From Gemmatimonadaceae bacterium (GTDB lineage Bacteria > Gemmatimonadota > Gemmatimonadetes > Gemmatimonadales > Gemmatimonadaceae), in contig JBGAJQ010000033.1 of the NCBI GenBank assembly GCA_044224875.1, positions 1 through 55,542 on the forward strand: 55,542 nucleotides of DNA, written 5' to 3'. Under the pieces are notes generated by a model that made no database searches, was not told the DNA's origin, and saw only the letters and a list, made by a program, of their open reading frames with translations. Within the stretch, counting starts at the first letter, position 1. Every line of letters starts with the position of its first letter. Both the position numbers and the translations under genes were made by a program. Positions 29,684-40,037 of this stretch are shown here, one piece after another.

Positions 29684-31795
29684 TTACGAGCCGCCCTTGG
29701 AGCGAGCGAGCCCGAGTTCATGCGCAAAAAAGGACAGGGCCATGGCCGCATTCCCCACCCGCTGGCTGAAGGGCGCCCCAATACCGTGCCCGGCATCGCT
29801 CCGCGTCAGCAGCAGCACCGGCCCGCCAGCCGACGCATTCTGTAACGCCGCCGTGAACTTTCTCGATTGCCACGACGCCACCCGGGGATCGTTCAGGCCA
29901 GTCTCCATCAAGATGGACGGATACTTGATGCCATCGACCACGTGGTGCAACGGCGAGTAACCATACAGCGCGAGAAACTCCACGGAGTCGCTGGTGGCGC
30001 CGTACTCGCGCGTGTTGTAGGCGCCATTCGGAAACGTCTCGTGACGCAGCATATCGTAAATGCCAACGAAGCTCACCACGGCGCGATAAGCCTCCGGGTG
30101 CTGCGTCATGGCTGCACCCACCAGCAGTCCGCCGTTGCTGCCGCCGGTGATGCCTAACCGACTCGGCGTCGTGTACTTCTGCCTGACGAGTTCCTGGGCC
30201 GCGGCAAAGAAGTCATCGAACGAGTGCTGCTTCTGCGTGCGCATGCCCCCCTGGTGCCATCCCTCACCGAAGGAACTCCCGCCGCGGATGTCGGCGTAGG
30301 CCAGGGCTCCGCCGCGCTCGATCCAGGCGAGCGACGTGCCGATGAATCGCGGACCGTATACGTTCCGGAAGCCGCCATAACCAGTGAGGATGGTGGGCGC
30401 GGTCCCGTCCCTCGCCTGGCCCTGCTTCGTGACAACAGCCACCGGGACCTTGGTTCCATCCGACGAGGTCGCCTCCAGCATGTCGACGACCACGCCGGAG
30501 TAGTCGCCGGGCGAAGTGACGTCGAAGATCACGCTGGTTGCCCCGGTGCGGCCATCGTAGCGAATCCAGCGAGTGGGACGCGTCCATCCGCTGTAGGTCA
30601 CCAGGGCATCGGATGATGCGGCTGACGAGGCGATTGAGCCGACGGAGACGCCACTGTCGGGCAGCGTCAGCGTTCGCACCAACGCGCCGTCCGTCCGGTA
30701 GTGGTCCACACGCGTGCGCATGCCGCGCGACCGCATGATCAGCATGCCACCCGCGATGGGCGTGATGGACTGCGCCGCCCACTCTCCCTCGGGCACGACG
30801 TCGCGCAGTTGCCCGTCATCCGACGCCGCGACGATTCGGCCACGCGGGCTTCCCTCGGTCGCGATCAGCATGAGCTGGTCGCCGACATACGTCCCGCCGG
30901 TCACCCCGGCACTGGCGGACACCGCCTTGTGCCAAGCCCCGGCGGAACGGATGTACACTTCGGCGAAACTCCCATCACCGATGTACGCCATGGCCGCCGT
31001 GCGTTGGCCGCTCGCGGAGGCGTTCAGCCCCCACATCACAATACGCGACAGCCCCTCGCCGACCTGGGGGGTAGCGTCGTTAGGTACGCCAAGCGTGTGG
31101 TGCTGGATGCTGACGTCAAACTCCTGCACGCCCTGCCCCGGTTGCGGCAGCCGAAAGCGCGCGAACGACACCCCGCGCTCGTCCCGGTCCCACGCCACGG
31201 TGGGCCCCGACGTTCCACCCCCGGCGAATGGCAGCGAGTCCGGGAGCACCACGCCTCGACGGACGTCGACAAAACGCAGCGTCGCCAACTCGTTTCCGCC
31301 CGTGGCGGTGGTGTAGGCCACAAAGGTGCCACGTGGACTGGGCCAGTAGCCGGTGATGGCGACGCTACCGCCGGCGTCGTTCACATCGACCAGTACACGC
31401 GCCGAGCCATCGGGCCATGGCTGCGACACCAACACCGGTTGTGGAGCTGGCGGCGAGTTACGGAGATAGAAGAGCGTTGTGCCGACGATCGTTGGCGACT
31501 GCCGATCCGGGGATGTTCTGGCCAACTCCCCGACGCGTTGCGTCAACGTGGAGTCGGTGCCCCACGCCGAGAGAACCGAGTCCGTGTACGTGTTCTGGGC
31601 CTCGATCCACTGGCGAACGTCGGCGGACGATCCGTTTTCCAGCCAGCGATAGGGGTCTTGCACGCGGATGCCGTGGTAGACGGCCGTTGTCGTATCTGTC
31701 CGGCTCGCTGGTGCACTGTGTTGCCGAGCTGGCGACGTGCAGCCAACGGCCGTGCCTAACCAGAGCGTGACGGTGAGCGCCCGCGCGACCCCCAT
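29684..31795 (-). CDS. Prolyl oligopeptidase (S9A), probable lipoprotein
   Basis: YHGIRVQDPYRWLE, TGYGGF, IRGG..FGEGWH, GGSNGG nucleophile motif, NDPRV, AGHG; GGAGG ribosome-binding site; AVGC lipobox. Confidence 0.95.
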   Translation of the reverse strand: MGVARALTVTLWLGTAVGCTSPARQHSAPASRTDTTTAVYHGIRVQDPYRWLENGSSADVRQWIEAQNTYTDSVLSAWGTDSTLTQRVGELARTSPDRQSPTIVGTTLFYLRNSPPAPQPVLVSQPWPDGSARVLVDVNDAGGSVAITGYWPSPRGTFVAYTTATGGNELATLRFVDVRRGVVLPDSLPFAGGGTSGPTVAWDRDERGVSFARFRLPQPGQGVQEFDVSIQHHTLGVPNDATPQVGEGLSRIVMWGLNASASGQRTAAMAYIGDGSFAEVYIRSAGAWHKAVSASAGVTGGTYVGDQLMLIATEGSPRGRIVAASDDGQLRDVVPEGEWAAQSITPIAGGMLIMRSRGMRTRVDHYRTDGALVRTLTLPDSGVSVGSIASSAASSDALVTYSGWTRPTRWIRYDGRTGATSVIFDVTSPGDYSGVVVDMLEATSSDGTKVPVAVVTKQGQARDGTAPTILTGYGGFRNVYGPRFIGTSLAWIERGGALAYADIRGGSSFGEGWHQGGMRTQKQHSFDDFFAAAQELVRQKYTTPSRLGITGGSNGGLLVGAAMTQHPEAYRAVVSFVGIYDMLRHETFPNGAYNTREYGATSDSVEFLALYGYSPLHHVVDGIKYPSILMETGLNDPRVASWQSRKFTAALQNASAGGPVLLLTRSDAGHGIGAPFSQRVGNAAMALSFFAHELGLARSKGGS

Positions 31796-31854
31796 GCCCA
31801 TCCTCCAATGGTGTGTGCAGTGACGACTGGCAATGGCGTACGACGAACGAGGCG

Positions 31855-33978
31855 TCAGCGCCGAGCGTCGTCGCCAGTCGGTGTCCGAAAGGTGATCTGC
31901 CAGCCGGAAGTCTGCGCCGTGTCCGTGCGGATGACAATGCGTCGGACACCGTCCCGCGAGTCGCCGAGCGTAACCGTTGTTCCCGTGGCGGTCGCCGCAG
32001 TGACCGTCCACCCCGGAGGCTCCGTCACAAAGAGGGCATAGGGATCGCCCGCGACCACGCGTGACCGGCCGGAGAGCACGTGTCCGTCCCAGGCGACCTG
32101 CTCCAGATCCACACCGCCGCAACTCACGTGTCGGTTGGTCGCCAGTACTTGCGGATGGTTTTCCTGCGCGCGAACGCACAGCACTTGTACGCCCAACGTG
32201 TCGACGGGTGGCAACCTCAGGGAGTCGCGAAACGTCCCGACCAAACGCTGATTCCAGAAGTCGAAGACGACCTGCGCGCGATCGAGTGGGAGTCCGAGGT
32301 CGGCCAATGCGATGGCCGCCGGAGCGCCTGGGGTGCGCGCCAGCACCGTCCAGCGCTCGAAGGGGCGCGCGACGTCCAGCTGATACACCGTTTGTTGCAG
32401 CCGCTGATCCGCCTCGAATGGACGAGGGCCCGAACCGCTGACCTCATGCTGCACCATGGGCAATCGGCTGGAGCGCGATGGGTCCAGGTCGTACACCTGT
32501 CCGGGTTGCGTGAACAAGATGGGGGCGGCCCGTCGGGCGGCTTCCACCCGTTCCGTGCGATAGACGTCCGGTTTGTCCGTCAGCATCAACAACGAACCCG
32601 TCAGCGACGTGAGCGTGGCGGCGCGATACCCGTCGGCCCGGTTGATCTCTATGTGGTCCGGGTCATTGCGCCAGACCACGTTGTTGAAGGAGTTGAACTG
32701 GGCGAACGCGCCGTATCCAAAACCGTCGTCGCCCAGTCGTGTCGCGTCGATGACGCCGATCAGCTCCGGCCGTGGTCCCCACGAGGCAAGGAGGAACGAC
32801 GTCCGCCCGATGGCGTCGCGAATCTGCTGGACAAACGATCGGTAGACCGCCACCCGGTCCAGTCCGCGCGCCGCAAACGAGGCGGCATGACTGTTGTAGC
32901 CCTCGTAGCGCAGGTGTCGCAGCGCGTCCACCTTGTAGTAGCCCCACCCCTGCGTTTTGAGCTGACGATAGACAGGCAGTACCAGATCTTCCATCGTCGC
33001 CTGCTTGGAGCCATCCATCACATACCCGACCCAGTTACCCCAGGCCGGCGACCCGTCTGCGTCGCGCACGAAGTACTGCGGATGCGCCTTGGCCCACGCC
33101 GAATCGTGAAACGTGGTGTTGGTCCACAACCCTGGGGTCAGCCCCTTGCCCGCGATGTAGCTGCGCAACCTAGGCAGTCCACCGGGGAACTTCTCGTTCG
33201 TGTTCAACCACCTATCCGGCGTCGAGATCGGCACCTGCTGGAATCCGTCGTCGATCTGCACGTACTCATACCCATAGGGCGCCAGACGCTCGGCGATCAC
33301 GTCGGCGGCCGCGTGGATGTCCCCTTCCGTCACCTTGTCATAGAACGCGAACCAGGACGTCCAACCAGCGACCGATGCCTTCCATGGTTGGTAGGTCCAT
33401 GGCTCATACGCGGACAACCCGCGATGTCTCTGGTAGAAGCGTGGTCGAAAGCGGAGCGTGACCTCGAACCCGCTGGCTTCCAGCTGAAACGCCGTCGAGT
33501 CGCCACCAACCACCGGCGTCACATGGGCACGCGCGGGAAAATCCACACTGAGGAGCCAGTCGTGGGTGCGGGCATACACGCCGCGGTTGAGGAGGTTGTA
33601 GCTGGGTCCCACGGAATGCCGGACGATCGGGAGTCCATCCTCACGCGGATCGGCGTCCACGGCGATCGCGTCGGCGGTTCCATGGATCACGCCACGGAGG
33701 TTCATCTGGCCGTCCCGCACCATCCAGCTCACGACCTGCGTCACCCGCCCGCCTGACGAGTCGACGAGGACTCGAAGGCGCGGACGGGCGCCGCGCGACG
33801 TGAGTGTCCCCTGGAAGACCACGGCGCCATCGTACTGCAGCACGACGGACGAATCGGCGGTGGTAACCCTGGCCGGCGTGTTCGGCGGCACGCGATTCGA
33901 CGCAGGCTGCGCACGCGCTTGACCCGGCACCGCCAGCAACAACAGGCTGGCGCTCAGCCTCGACAATGGCCGCGTCAT
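31855..33978 (-). CDS. Secreted alpha-galactosidase-like glycoside hydrolase (clan GH-D, GH27/GH36)
   Basis: GWTSW, GYEYVQIDDGFQ, KFPGGL, GLTPGLW, GWGYYKVD, WRNDPD. Confidence 0.88.
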   Translation of the reverse strand: MTRPLSRLSASLLLLAVPGQARAQPASNRVPPNTPARVTTADSSVVLQYDGAVVFQGTLTSRGARPRLRVLVDSSGGRVTQVVSWMVRDGQMNLRGVIHGTADAIAVDADPREDGLPIVRHSVGPSYNLLNRGVYARTHDWLLSVDFPARAHVTPVVGGDSTAFQLEASGFEVTLRFRPRFYQRHRGLSAYEPWTYQPWKASVAGWTSWFAFYDKVTEGDIHAAADVIAERLAPYGYEYVQIDDGFQQVPISTPDRWLNTNEKFPGGLPRLRSYIAGKGLTPGLWTNTTFHDSAWAKAHPQYFVRDADGSPAWGNWVGYVMDGSKQATMEDLVLPVYRQLKTQGWGYYKVDALRHLRYEGYNSHAASFAARGLDRVAVYRSFVQQIRDAIGRTSFLLASWGPRPELIGVIDATRLGDDGFGYGAFAQFNSFNNVVWRNDPDHIEINRADGYRAATLTSLTGSLLMLTDKPDVYRTERVEAARRAAPILFTQPGQVYDLDPSRSSRLPMVQHEVSGSGPRPFEADQRLQQTVYQLDVARPFERWTVLARTPGAPAAIALADLGLPLDRAQVVFDFWNQRLVGTFRDSLRLPPVDTLGVQVLCVRAQENHPQVLATNRHVSCGGVDLEQVAWDGHVLSGRSRVVAGDPYALFVTEPPGWTVTAATATGTTVTLGDSRDGVRRIVIRTDTAQTSGWQITFRTPTGDDARR

Positions 33979-34072
33979 GGCACGTCCGACCACGCAACAG
34001 GCCGCGCGTTCACCGCCCAGACCGGGTGAAGCGCGCCTGATCCACCTGCGTGCGAGCCGGCGGGCCGGGCGT

Positions 34073-35263
34073 TCAGGTCGTCGGCGGATTGAACTGTTCG
34101 TGCTGGCTGTCAATCCAGCTCTGGTGGTACTTCGGGTCCTCGATGCCCATCGCCGCCTTGGCCACCTTGAGCGGGCGGAACGAGTCCATCATCACCGCCA
34201 GCTCATTCGTCGCCTTCATCCCGATGCTCCCTTCGTACCGGCCGGGATGCGGTCCGTGCGGAAGCCCATCGGGGTGATGCGTGATGCTCCCGTACTCGAT
34301 GCCCTTGCGGCTCATGAACTCGCTCGAGGCATAGAAGAGCACTTCGTCCGAGTCCACGTTGCTGTGGTTGTACGGCGCGGGAATGGCATTCGGGTCGAAG
34401 TCGTACGGACGCGGACAGAACGAGCAGATCACGAAGCCGTCGCCCTGAAAAGTCTGGTGAACTGGTGGCGGTTGGTGAATACGACCGACAATCGGCTCGA
34501 AGTCGTGGATATTGAACGCCCACGGATAGAAGTACCCATCCCAACCGATCACGTCGAAGGGATGATGGTCGAGCACCAACTCGTTGATCGCGTCGTACTG
34601 CTTGACGAGCAGCCGGAAGTCGCCGCGCTCATCGTGCGTGTTCAGTGCGCTCGGACGGCGGATGTCGCGCTCGCAGTACGGCGCGCCCTCAAGCAGCTGC
34701 CCGAACTCGTTATGGTAGCGTTTGGGAAAGCGCACGTGCCCACGGCTTTCCATCACCAGGAACTTGCTGGCCTTGGACGTATCCAGTCGCCACCGGTGCA
34801 GGATGTTGCGGTGGATGACCACGTAATCGCCGGGCTGGTACGGCAGCTCGCCGAACACGGACTCGAGCACACCGCTCCCTTCGCACACGTACACGACCTC
34901 GTCGGCCTGCGAGTTCCGGTAGAAGTGCGCGTCCAGTTCGTCAGGCTCAACGTACAGCATGGCGATCTCGGTATTGAACAGGAGGGGGATGCGGTCCATC
35001 GTCGGACTGCCACCCTTCTTCGCACGTGCCGTCAGGAAGTGCCGATGCCTGAGCGAGGTGTCCTCGTCCGCCTCCCACGAAACGTCGCGAACCTTGCGCG
35101 CCGACTTGACCGTCGTGGGCGGATACGCGTGGTACAGCAGCGACGACGTCCCGACAAACCCTTCATGCCCCATCAACTCCTCTGCGTACAACCCGCCGTC
35201 GGGGCGGCGAAACACGGTGTGCCGCTTCTTGGGGATGCTGCCTAACGAATGATAGATCGGCAT
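34073..35263 (-). CDS. hmgA: Homogentisate 1,2-dioxygenase
   Basis: IPKKRHT, EELMGHEGF, HPFDVIGWDG, HQPPPVHQTF, PYNHSNVDSDE, HPDGLPHGPHPG; adjacent to hppD. Confidence 0.95.
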   Translation of the reverse strand: MPIYHSLGSIPKKRHTVFRRPDGGLYAEELMGHEGFVGTSSLLYHAYPPTTVKSARKVRDVSWEADEDTSLRHRHFLTARAKKGGSPTMDRIPLLFNTEIAMLYVEPDELDAHFYRNSQADEVVYVCEGSGVLESVFGELPYQPGDYVVIHRNILHRWRLDTSKASKFLVMESRGHVRFPKRYHNEFGQLLEGAPYCERDIRRPSALNTHDERGDFRLLVKQYDAINELVLDHHPFDVIGWDGYFYPWAFNIHDFEPIVGRIHQPPPVHQTFQGDGFVICSFCPRPYDFDPNAIPAPYNHSNVDSDEVLFYASSEFMSRKGIEYGSITHHPDGLPHGPHPGRYEGSIGMKATNELAVMMDSFRPLKVAKAAMGIEDPKYHQSWIDSQHEQFNPPTT

Positions 35264-35272
35264 GAGTGAGGT

Positions 35273-36397
35273 CTACAGGTTGCCGCGGAGCTCCTGCTCG
35301 CGCTCGATGGATTCAAACAGTGCCTGGAAATTGCCCTTCCCGAATCCCTTCGCCCCCTTGCGCTGGATGATCTCGAAGAAGAGGGTCGGCCGATCCTGGA
35401 TCGGCTTCGTGAAGATCTGCAACAGGTATCCCTCGTCGTCGCGATCGACCAGAATGCCCAGCTCGCGCAACGGTGCAAGGTCTTCATCGATCTTGCCCAC
35501 GCGATCGAGCACCGTGTCGTAGTACGTGCCGGGGGTCCGGAGGAACTCCACGCCGCGCAACCGCAGGTCCGTGACCGTCTCGATGATGTTGTTCGTCGTC
35601 ATCGCGATGTGCTGGCAGCCAGGGCCTCGATAGAAGTCGAGATACTCCTCGATCTGCGATTTCTTCTTTCCCGTGGCCGGCTCGTTGATTGGAAACTTGA
35701 TCCGGCCGTTCCCGTTGGACATCACCTTGGACATCAGCGCCGAGTATTCCGTGGAGATGTCCTTGTCGTCGAACGTGAGCAGGTTGTAGAAGCCGAGGAC
35801 GCGTTCGTAGAACGCCACCCACTCGTTCATCTTGCCTAACTCGACGTTCCCCACGCAGTGGTCGACGTACTGCAGGCCAGTGGCAGCCGGCGCATAGGGC
35901 GAGGCGATCTCCACAAAGCCCGGCATGAACAGTCCCGTGTAATTCCTGCGCTCGACGATCGAGTGGATCGTATCCCCATACGTCTTGATCGCCGCAATGA
36001 CGATCTCTCCCGCCTCGTCCTTCAGGACCTCGGGCGCGCGTGCCGACACAGCGCCCCGCTCGATCGCCTTGGCGTAGGCCGCCCGGGCATCATCTACCCA
36101 GAACGCCAGGTCCTTCACCCCGTCACCGTGACGGGCGACGTGCGACGCAATCTCTCCTTCCGGCCCTAACGAGGTGGTGAGTACCAAGCGGATCTTGTTC
36201 TGTTGCAGCAGGTACGATGCGCGGTCGCGCACACCGGTCTCTGGCCCGCGATACCCGACCAGCTGGAATCCAAGCGCCCCGCGATAGAAGTGCGACGCCT
36301 GCTTGGCGTTGCCGACGTAGAACTCGATGTAATCCGTGCCGTTGATCGGAAATGCGTCGTGCGCCGGCTCGGTGGTAGGAGAGGTCAGAGTCGCCAT
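35273..36397 (-). CDS. hppD: 4-hydroxyphenylpyruvate dioxygenase
   Basis: [58 protein letters not shown]. Confidence 0.97.
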   Translation of the reverse strand: MATLTSPTTEPAHDAFPINGTDYIEFYVGNAKQASHFYRGALGFQLVGYRGPETGVRDRASYLLQQNKIRLVLTTSLGPEGEIASHVARHGDGVKDLAFWVDDARAAYAKAIERGAVSARAPEVLKDEAGEIVIAAIKTYGDTIHSIVERRNYTGLFMPGFVEIASPYAPAATGLQYVDHCVGNVELGKMNEWVAFYERVLGFYNLLTFDDKDISTEYSALMSKVMSNGNGRIKFPINEPATGKKKSQIEEYLDFYRGPGCQHIAMTTNNIIETVTDLRLRGVEFLRTPGTYYDTVLDRVGKIDEDLAPLRELGILVDRDDEGYLLQIFTKPIQDRPTLFFEIIQRKGAKGFGKGNFQALFESIEREQELRGNL

Positions 36398-36607
36398 GGC
36401 AAACTCGAGGACGAAGGTCGATTGAACACAGAAGCCCGACCGTCCCCGCGCAGCATTGTGGAACGGTCTCCTCGAATCTAAGGCGGTCACCCGGCTACCG
36501 CCCGGTTGGGACGCCCTGCCCCTTGGCCGGCGCAGGCCCCATTCTTATCGCAACCCCCAACCGGCACCTCCCGTAGTGCGGACCGCACGCCACAACTCGC
36601 ACCTCCT

Positions 36608-38305
36608 GTGACCACGCCCCCACCCGAACTGCTCGACCTCGCCGCAATCCTCGCCGGACAATACGAGATACGTCGTGAGGTGGGTCGTGGTGGCATGGGA
36701 ATCGTTTACCTCGCACGCGATCTCAAGCTCGATCGCGACGTCGCCATCAAGACCCTCCCGCCGCACCTGGCGGACAATCCCGAAATCCGCGAGCGCTTCC
36801 TTCGCGAAGCGCGCACCGCCGCTGCATTGGCGCACCCGAACATCGTCCCGATCCATCGGGCCGATGAGATCAATGGTCGCGTCTTCTTTGTCATGGGATA
36901 CGTCGACGGGGAGTCGCTCGCGCAGACGCTTCGCGCGAGTGGTCCGCCGTCTCCGCGACGCGTGGCGGAGATCCTCATAGACGTGGCGTCGGCCCTCGCC
37001 TACGCGCATGACCACGGCGTCATCCACAGGGACGTGAAAGCGGAAAACATCCTGCTCGACGGCAGGACGGGGCGCGCCATGGTCACCGACTTCGGGATCG
37101 CGCGACTGGCCGAGGCCAAGCCACTCACCCAGACGGGTTCGGTGCTCGGGACGGTCTACTACATGAGCCCGGAACAGGTGAGCGGCGACGCCATCGACGG
37201 GCGCAGCGATCTCTATGCGTTAGGCGTGGCAGCTTTTCTGGCGCTCTCTGGTCACTTCCCGTTCGAGAGTGACACCCCATCGGCGGTTCTGGTCGCTCAC
37301 GTCACGCGCCGCGCCCCGCTATTGCGCTCGCTGGCGCCCCACGTTCCTGAGGTGTTGGCCGTGCTGGTCGATCGCTGCCTGGCCAAGGATCCCGCCGAGC
37401 GTTTCGATACCTGCCACACCTTCGCCAACGCGGTGAACGACATTGTCGATCGCCTTCCGGACTCGGCGCCATCCTTGCCACTCACGCCGCTGCTGATGAG
37501 TGAGACGGAAGCGCAGGCCGTCTGGGAGCGTGCCGCCGCGTTGCAGGCGGCGACAGGGGCGGTGGTCCCACCTCCCAACCTTCGCTTTGCCGATCGAAAG
37601 CGGCCAACAAGCGCCACCTCCGCGTACTCCATGACGGAGGTCGAGGCCGGTGCCAGCGGTGCCGGAATTGGTGCGCAATATGTCTCTCGCGCCATCGCCG
37701 AGTTGGGGCTGTCGGGCAATGAACCTGCGCCGGCCGCCGCTGTCGTACGCCCCGGCAACGCGCCGCCGAAGAACTTCTTCCTGGGCGAGTCCACGTCCGT
37801 GGCCTTCGAGGCCTCCATCGACGGCGAGATGGATCCCCGCGACTTTGACGTGCTCACGGACTGCATCCGTCGTGCGCTGGGCGATTCCGGTCACATGGCA
37901 GTTGTCGGTCGATCGCTCACGTGGAGCTCGGCGGATCGCCAGCGAAAGGTCGCTGTGTCGGTCCTGGTCCGCGGCGGACGAACCACGGTGCACGTTACGG
38001 AACGATTGCGTGACCTCGCCGGCGGGCTCTTTGGTGGCATCATGGGTGGAGGGGGCGGCGGGATGATCGGCCCATCGATCGGCATCGGAGTCAACGCATT
38101 TCACTCGGGCCTGGCTGCCGCCGGGATGGCAATCGGGACCATCGGGCTCGCGTACGGCATCGCGCGAACCATTTACACCCGGATGACGCGTTCGAAGCGC
38201 AAGGTATTGGAGCGGCTCACGGGGGACCTGGTCGAATTGGCGCGCGAATCCATGCGTACGAGCGCGCTTCCCCCTGCACGCGATCCGCGTCGACTGGGGC
38301 GTTAG
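36608..38305 (+). CDS. Hanks-type Ser/Thr protein kinase with C-terminal uncharacterised membrane-associated domain
   Basis: GRGGMG, VAIK, HRDVKAEN, DFG, YMSPE, DLYALG; Gly-rich hydrophobic segments near the C-terminus. Confidence 0.95.
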   Translation: MTTPPPELLDLAAILAGQYEIRREVGRGGMGIVYLARDLKLDRDVAIKTLPPHLADNPEIRERFLREARTAAALAHPNIVPIHRADEINGRVFFVMGYVDGESLAQTLRASGPPSPRRVAEILIDVASALAYAHDHGVIHRDVKAENILLDGRTGRAMVTDFGIARLAEAKPLTQTGSVLGTVYYMSPEQVSGDAIDGRSDLYALGVAAFLALSGHFPFESDTPSAVLVAHVTRRAPLLRSLAPHVPEVLAVLVDRCLAKDPAERFDTCHTFANAVNDIVDRLPDSAPSLPLTPLLMSETEAQAVWERAAALQAATGAVVPPPNLRFADRKRPTSATSAYSMTEVEAGASGAGIGAQYVSRAIAELGLSGNEPAPAAAVVRPGNAPPKNFFLGESTSVAFEASIDGEMDPRDFDVLTDCIRRALGDSGHMAVVGRSLTWSSADRQRKVAVSVLVRGGRTTVHVTERLRDLAGGLFGGIMGGGGGGMIGPSIGIGVNAFHSGLAAAGMAIGTIGLAYGIARTIYTRMTRSKRKVLERLTGDLVELARESMRTSALPPARDPRRLGR

Positions 38306-38324
38306 GCCGCTCCGCGGCGCACCT

Positions 38325-38350
38325 GATCGCGCTGACGTCTCGGCGCGATC
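38325..38350 (+). terminator. 11-bp hairpin after the kinase gene (no U-tract)
   Basis: GATCGCGCTGA-CGTC-TCGGCGCGATC, one G-U pair. Confidence 0.35.
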
Positions 38351-38443
38351 GCACGGGTCGCATGTACGGCCTGTCCCAGAATCATGGCCGCAGCGCCGCG
38401 CTGCCGCGTGATTGCACATCGTCCCAACCCTTCTCAGTGAGCT

Positions 38444-39769
38444 ATGTCGCGTAGTCCAGTTGCCGTGACATTCACGCTGATGTTGACCCTGCCAGCTCTC
38501 GCGAGCGCGCAGGCGTCCACGGGGATTGCGACGGTGGATTCCGCAACCGTTGCCCGCGAAGCCTATCGACAGGCGGCGAACGCATTGGCGCGCGGCGACA
38601 CGGCCGCGGTCCGGCAGGCGGTTCGTCACGCCAGCGAGGCGTGGCCAACGCAGGAGGCCTATCTCTGGTCGCGGGCCAGCTTCGCCGCCCGCGCGCACGA
38701 TACCGTAGACGTCATCCGTTCCCTGGAGGCGTATGCAGCGTTAGGCGTGGGGCGCGACATTCAGTCGTCACCGGCCTTGAGTGGGATGGCCACCGTCCCA
38801 CGCGTTGCCGCCGTCGTCAAACGCCTGAACGCAAACCGCGCCCTCTTGGCGGCCAGCACCCCCCGTGGACGAATCGCCGACTCCACCTTCTATCCAGAGG
38901 GCATGGACGTGGACCCGCGGACCGGGGAGATCTTCGTCGCCAGCATACGACACGGCAGCATCGCCGAGCTGGATGCGAACGGAGCGCTGCGCCGTGAGGT
39001 GCTACGGACGGGTACACCGGGAATCGGCGGTATCTTTGGCGTGCGTGTAGACCCGCGCGGCGATGTGCTCTGGGCCACCACCAGCGCGCTGCCACAGTCG
39101 GAGCGCTACGCATCGGGTGACTCGGTAGTCGCGGCACTGCTCAAGATCCGCCGCTCGGATGGAACGGTGGAACGGCGATGGGACCTCGCACCATCTGCGG
39201 CCGGCCACATCCTGGGTGACCTGTCCATGGGTCCGCAGGGCGATGTGTTCTTCACCGATTCCAACGAGCCGTACGTCTACCGGCTGCGCCCTGGCGCCGA
39301 CTCCCTGGAACGCATCACGCATCCGTACTTCCGCAACCTGCAAGGGTTGGCGCCGACTCCGGACGGCAAACGCTTGTACCTGGCCGACTACTCTCACGGA
39401 CTGTTGCGGCTGGAGCTCGGGTCCGGACAGGTAACACGTCTGACCGATGCGCCAGGTTCCACGTCCCTGGGATGCGACGGAATCGTCTGGCAACGCAACT
39501 CGATCATTGCCGTCCAGAATGGCGTGGACCCCGCCCGCATCGCGCGGTTCGAGCTGGACCGGACGGGTGCGCACATCGTGCGCGTGGTCGTCCTGGACCG
39601 GCAGGTGACCATTGCCGACGAGCCGACCATTGGTGCCCTACGTGGTGACGAATTCCTGTACGTCGCCAACAGCCAGTGGAACAAGTACACGGACGATGGG
39701 CGGCGGCGCCCCGAGGTCCCCCTCGCGCCGGTCGTCATCCTCGGCGTGCAACTGTCGACGAGGCACTGA
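38444..39769 (+). CDS. Secreted protein: N-terminal TPR-like helices plus SMP-30/gluconolactonase-like beta-propeller
   Basis: Signal peptide; FYPEG, FVASI, VFFTDS, NLQGL, LYLADY, GCDGI, EPT, YVANSQW. Confidence 0.85.
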   Translation: MSRSPVAVTFTLMLTLPALASAQASTGIATVDSATVAREAYRQAANALARGDTAAVRQAVRHASEAWPTQEAYLWSRASFAARAHDTVDVIRSLEAYAALGVGRDIQSSPALSGMATVPRVAAVVKRLNANRALLAASTPRGRIADSTFYPEGMDVDPRTGEIFVASIRHGSIAELDANGALRREVLRTGTPGIGGIFGVRVDPRGDVLWATTSALPQSERYASGDSVVAALLKIRRSDGTVERRWDLAPSAAGHILGDLSMGPQGDVFFTDSNEPYVYRLRPGADSLERITHPYFRNLQGLAPTPDGKRLYLADYSHGLLRLELGSGQVTRLTDAPGSTSLGCDGIVWQRNSIIAVQNGVDPARIARFELDRTGAHIVRVVVLDRQVTIADEPTIGALRGDEFLYVANSQWNKYTDDGRRRPEVPLAPVVILGVQLSTRH

Positions 39770-39789
39770 TCGGCGCGACGGGTTCTGTC

Positions 39790-39975
39790 CGTCAGGCAAA
39801 ACGCACGGCAGGCTCGCGGTTCGGGCTGGCGTACTCACTGTTCGAGCGCGGCGACGTGGCCGGTGCGCGCGCGGAAGCCGACACTGGGCTCGCCCAGGGT
39901 CAGCTCCGCTCGTATTTCCGCTGGATCATCGCGCGAGCCGACAGCCTAACGGCGGCTCGGACCGGACCTCACTGA
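39790..39975 (+). pseudogene. Orphan C-terminal fragment of a TPR-like protein
   Basis: SRFGLAYSLFERGDVAGARAEADTGLAQGQLRSYFRWIIARADSL reads as a helical repeat; no credible start of its own. Confidence 0.45.
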
Positions 39976-40037
39976 ACTCGACTGCTCGGCCATCGGCGCT
40001 TGTGTGTCGGTGACGCCGACGACCCTCTTCGGTTGCG

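Noticed and set aside
32080..33756. 558-aa plus-strand ORF (also 4193-5548, 40218-41372, 54607-55533 and similar)
   Set aside because: Antisense shadows of well-supported genes; stop-poor frames are expected at this GC content and show no recognisable motifs.
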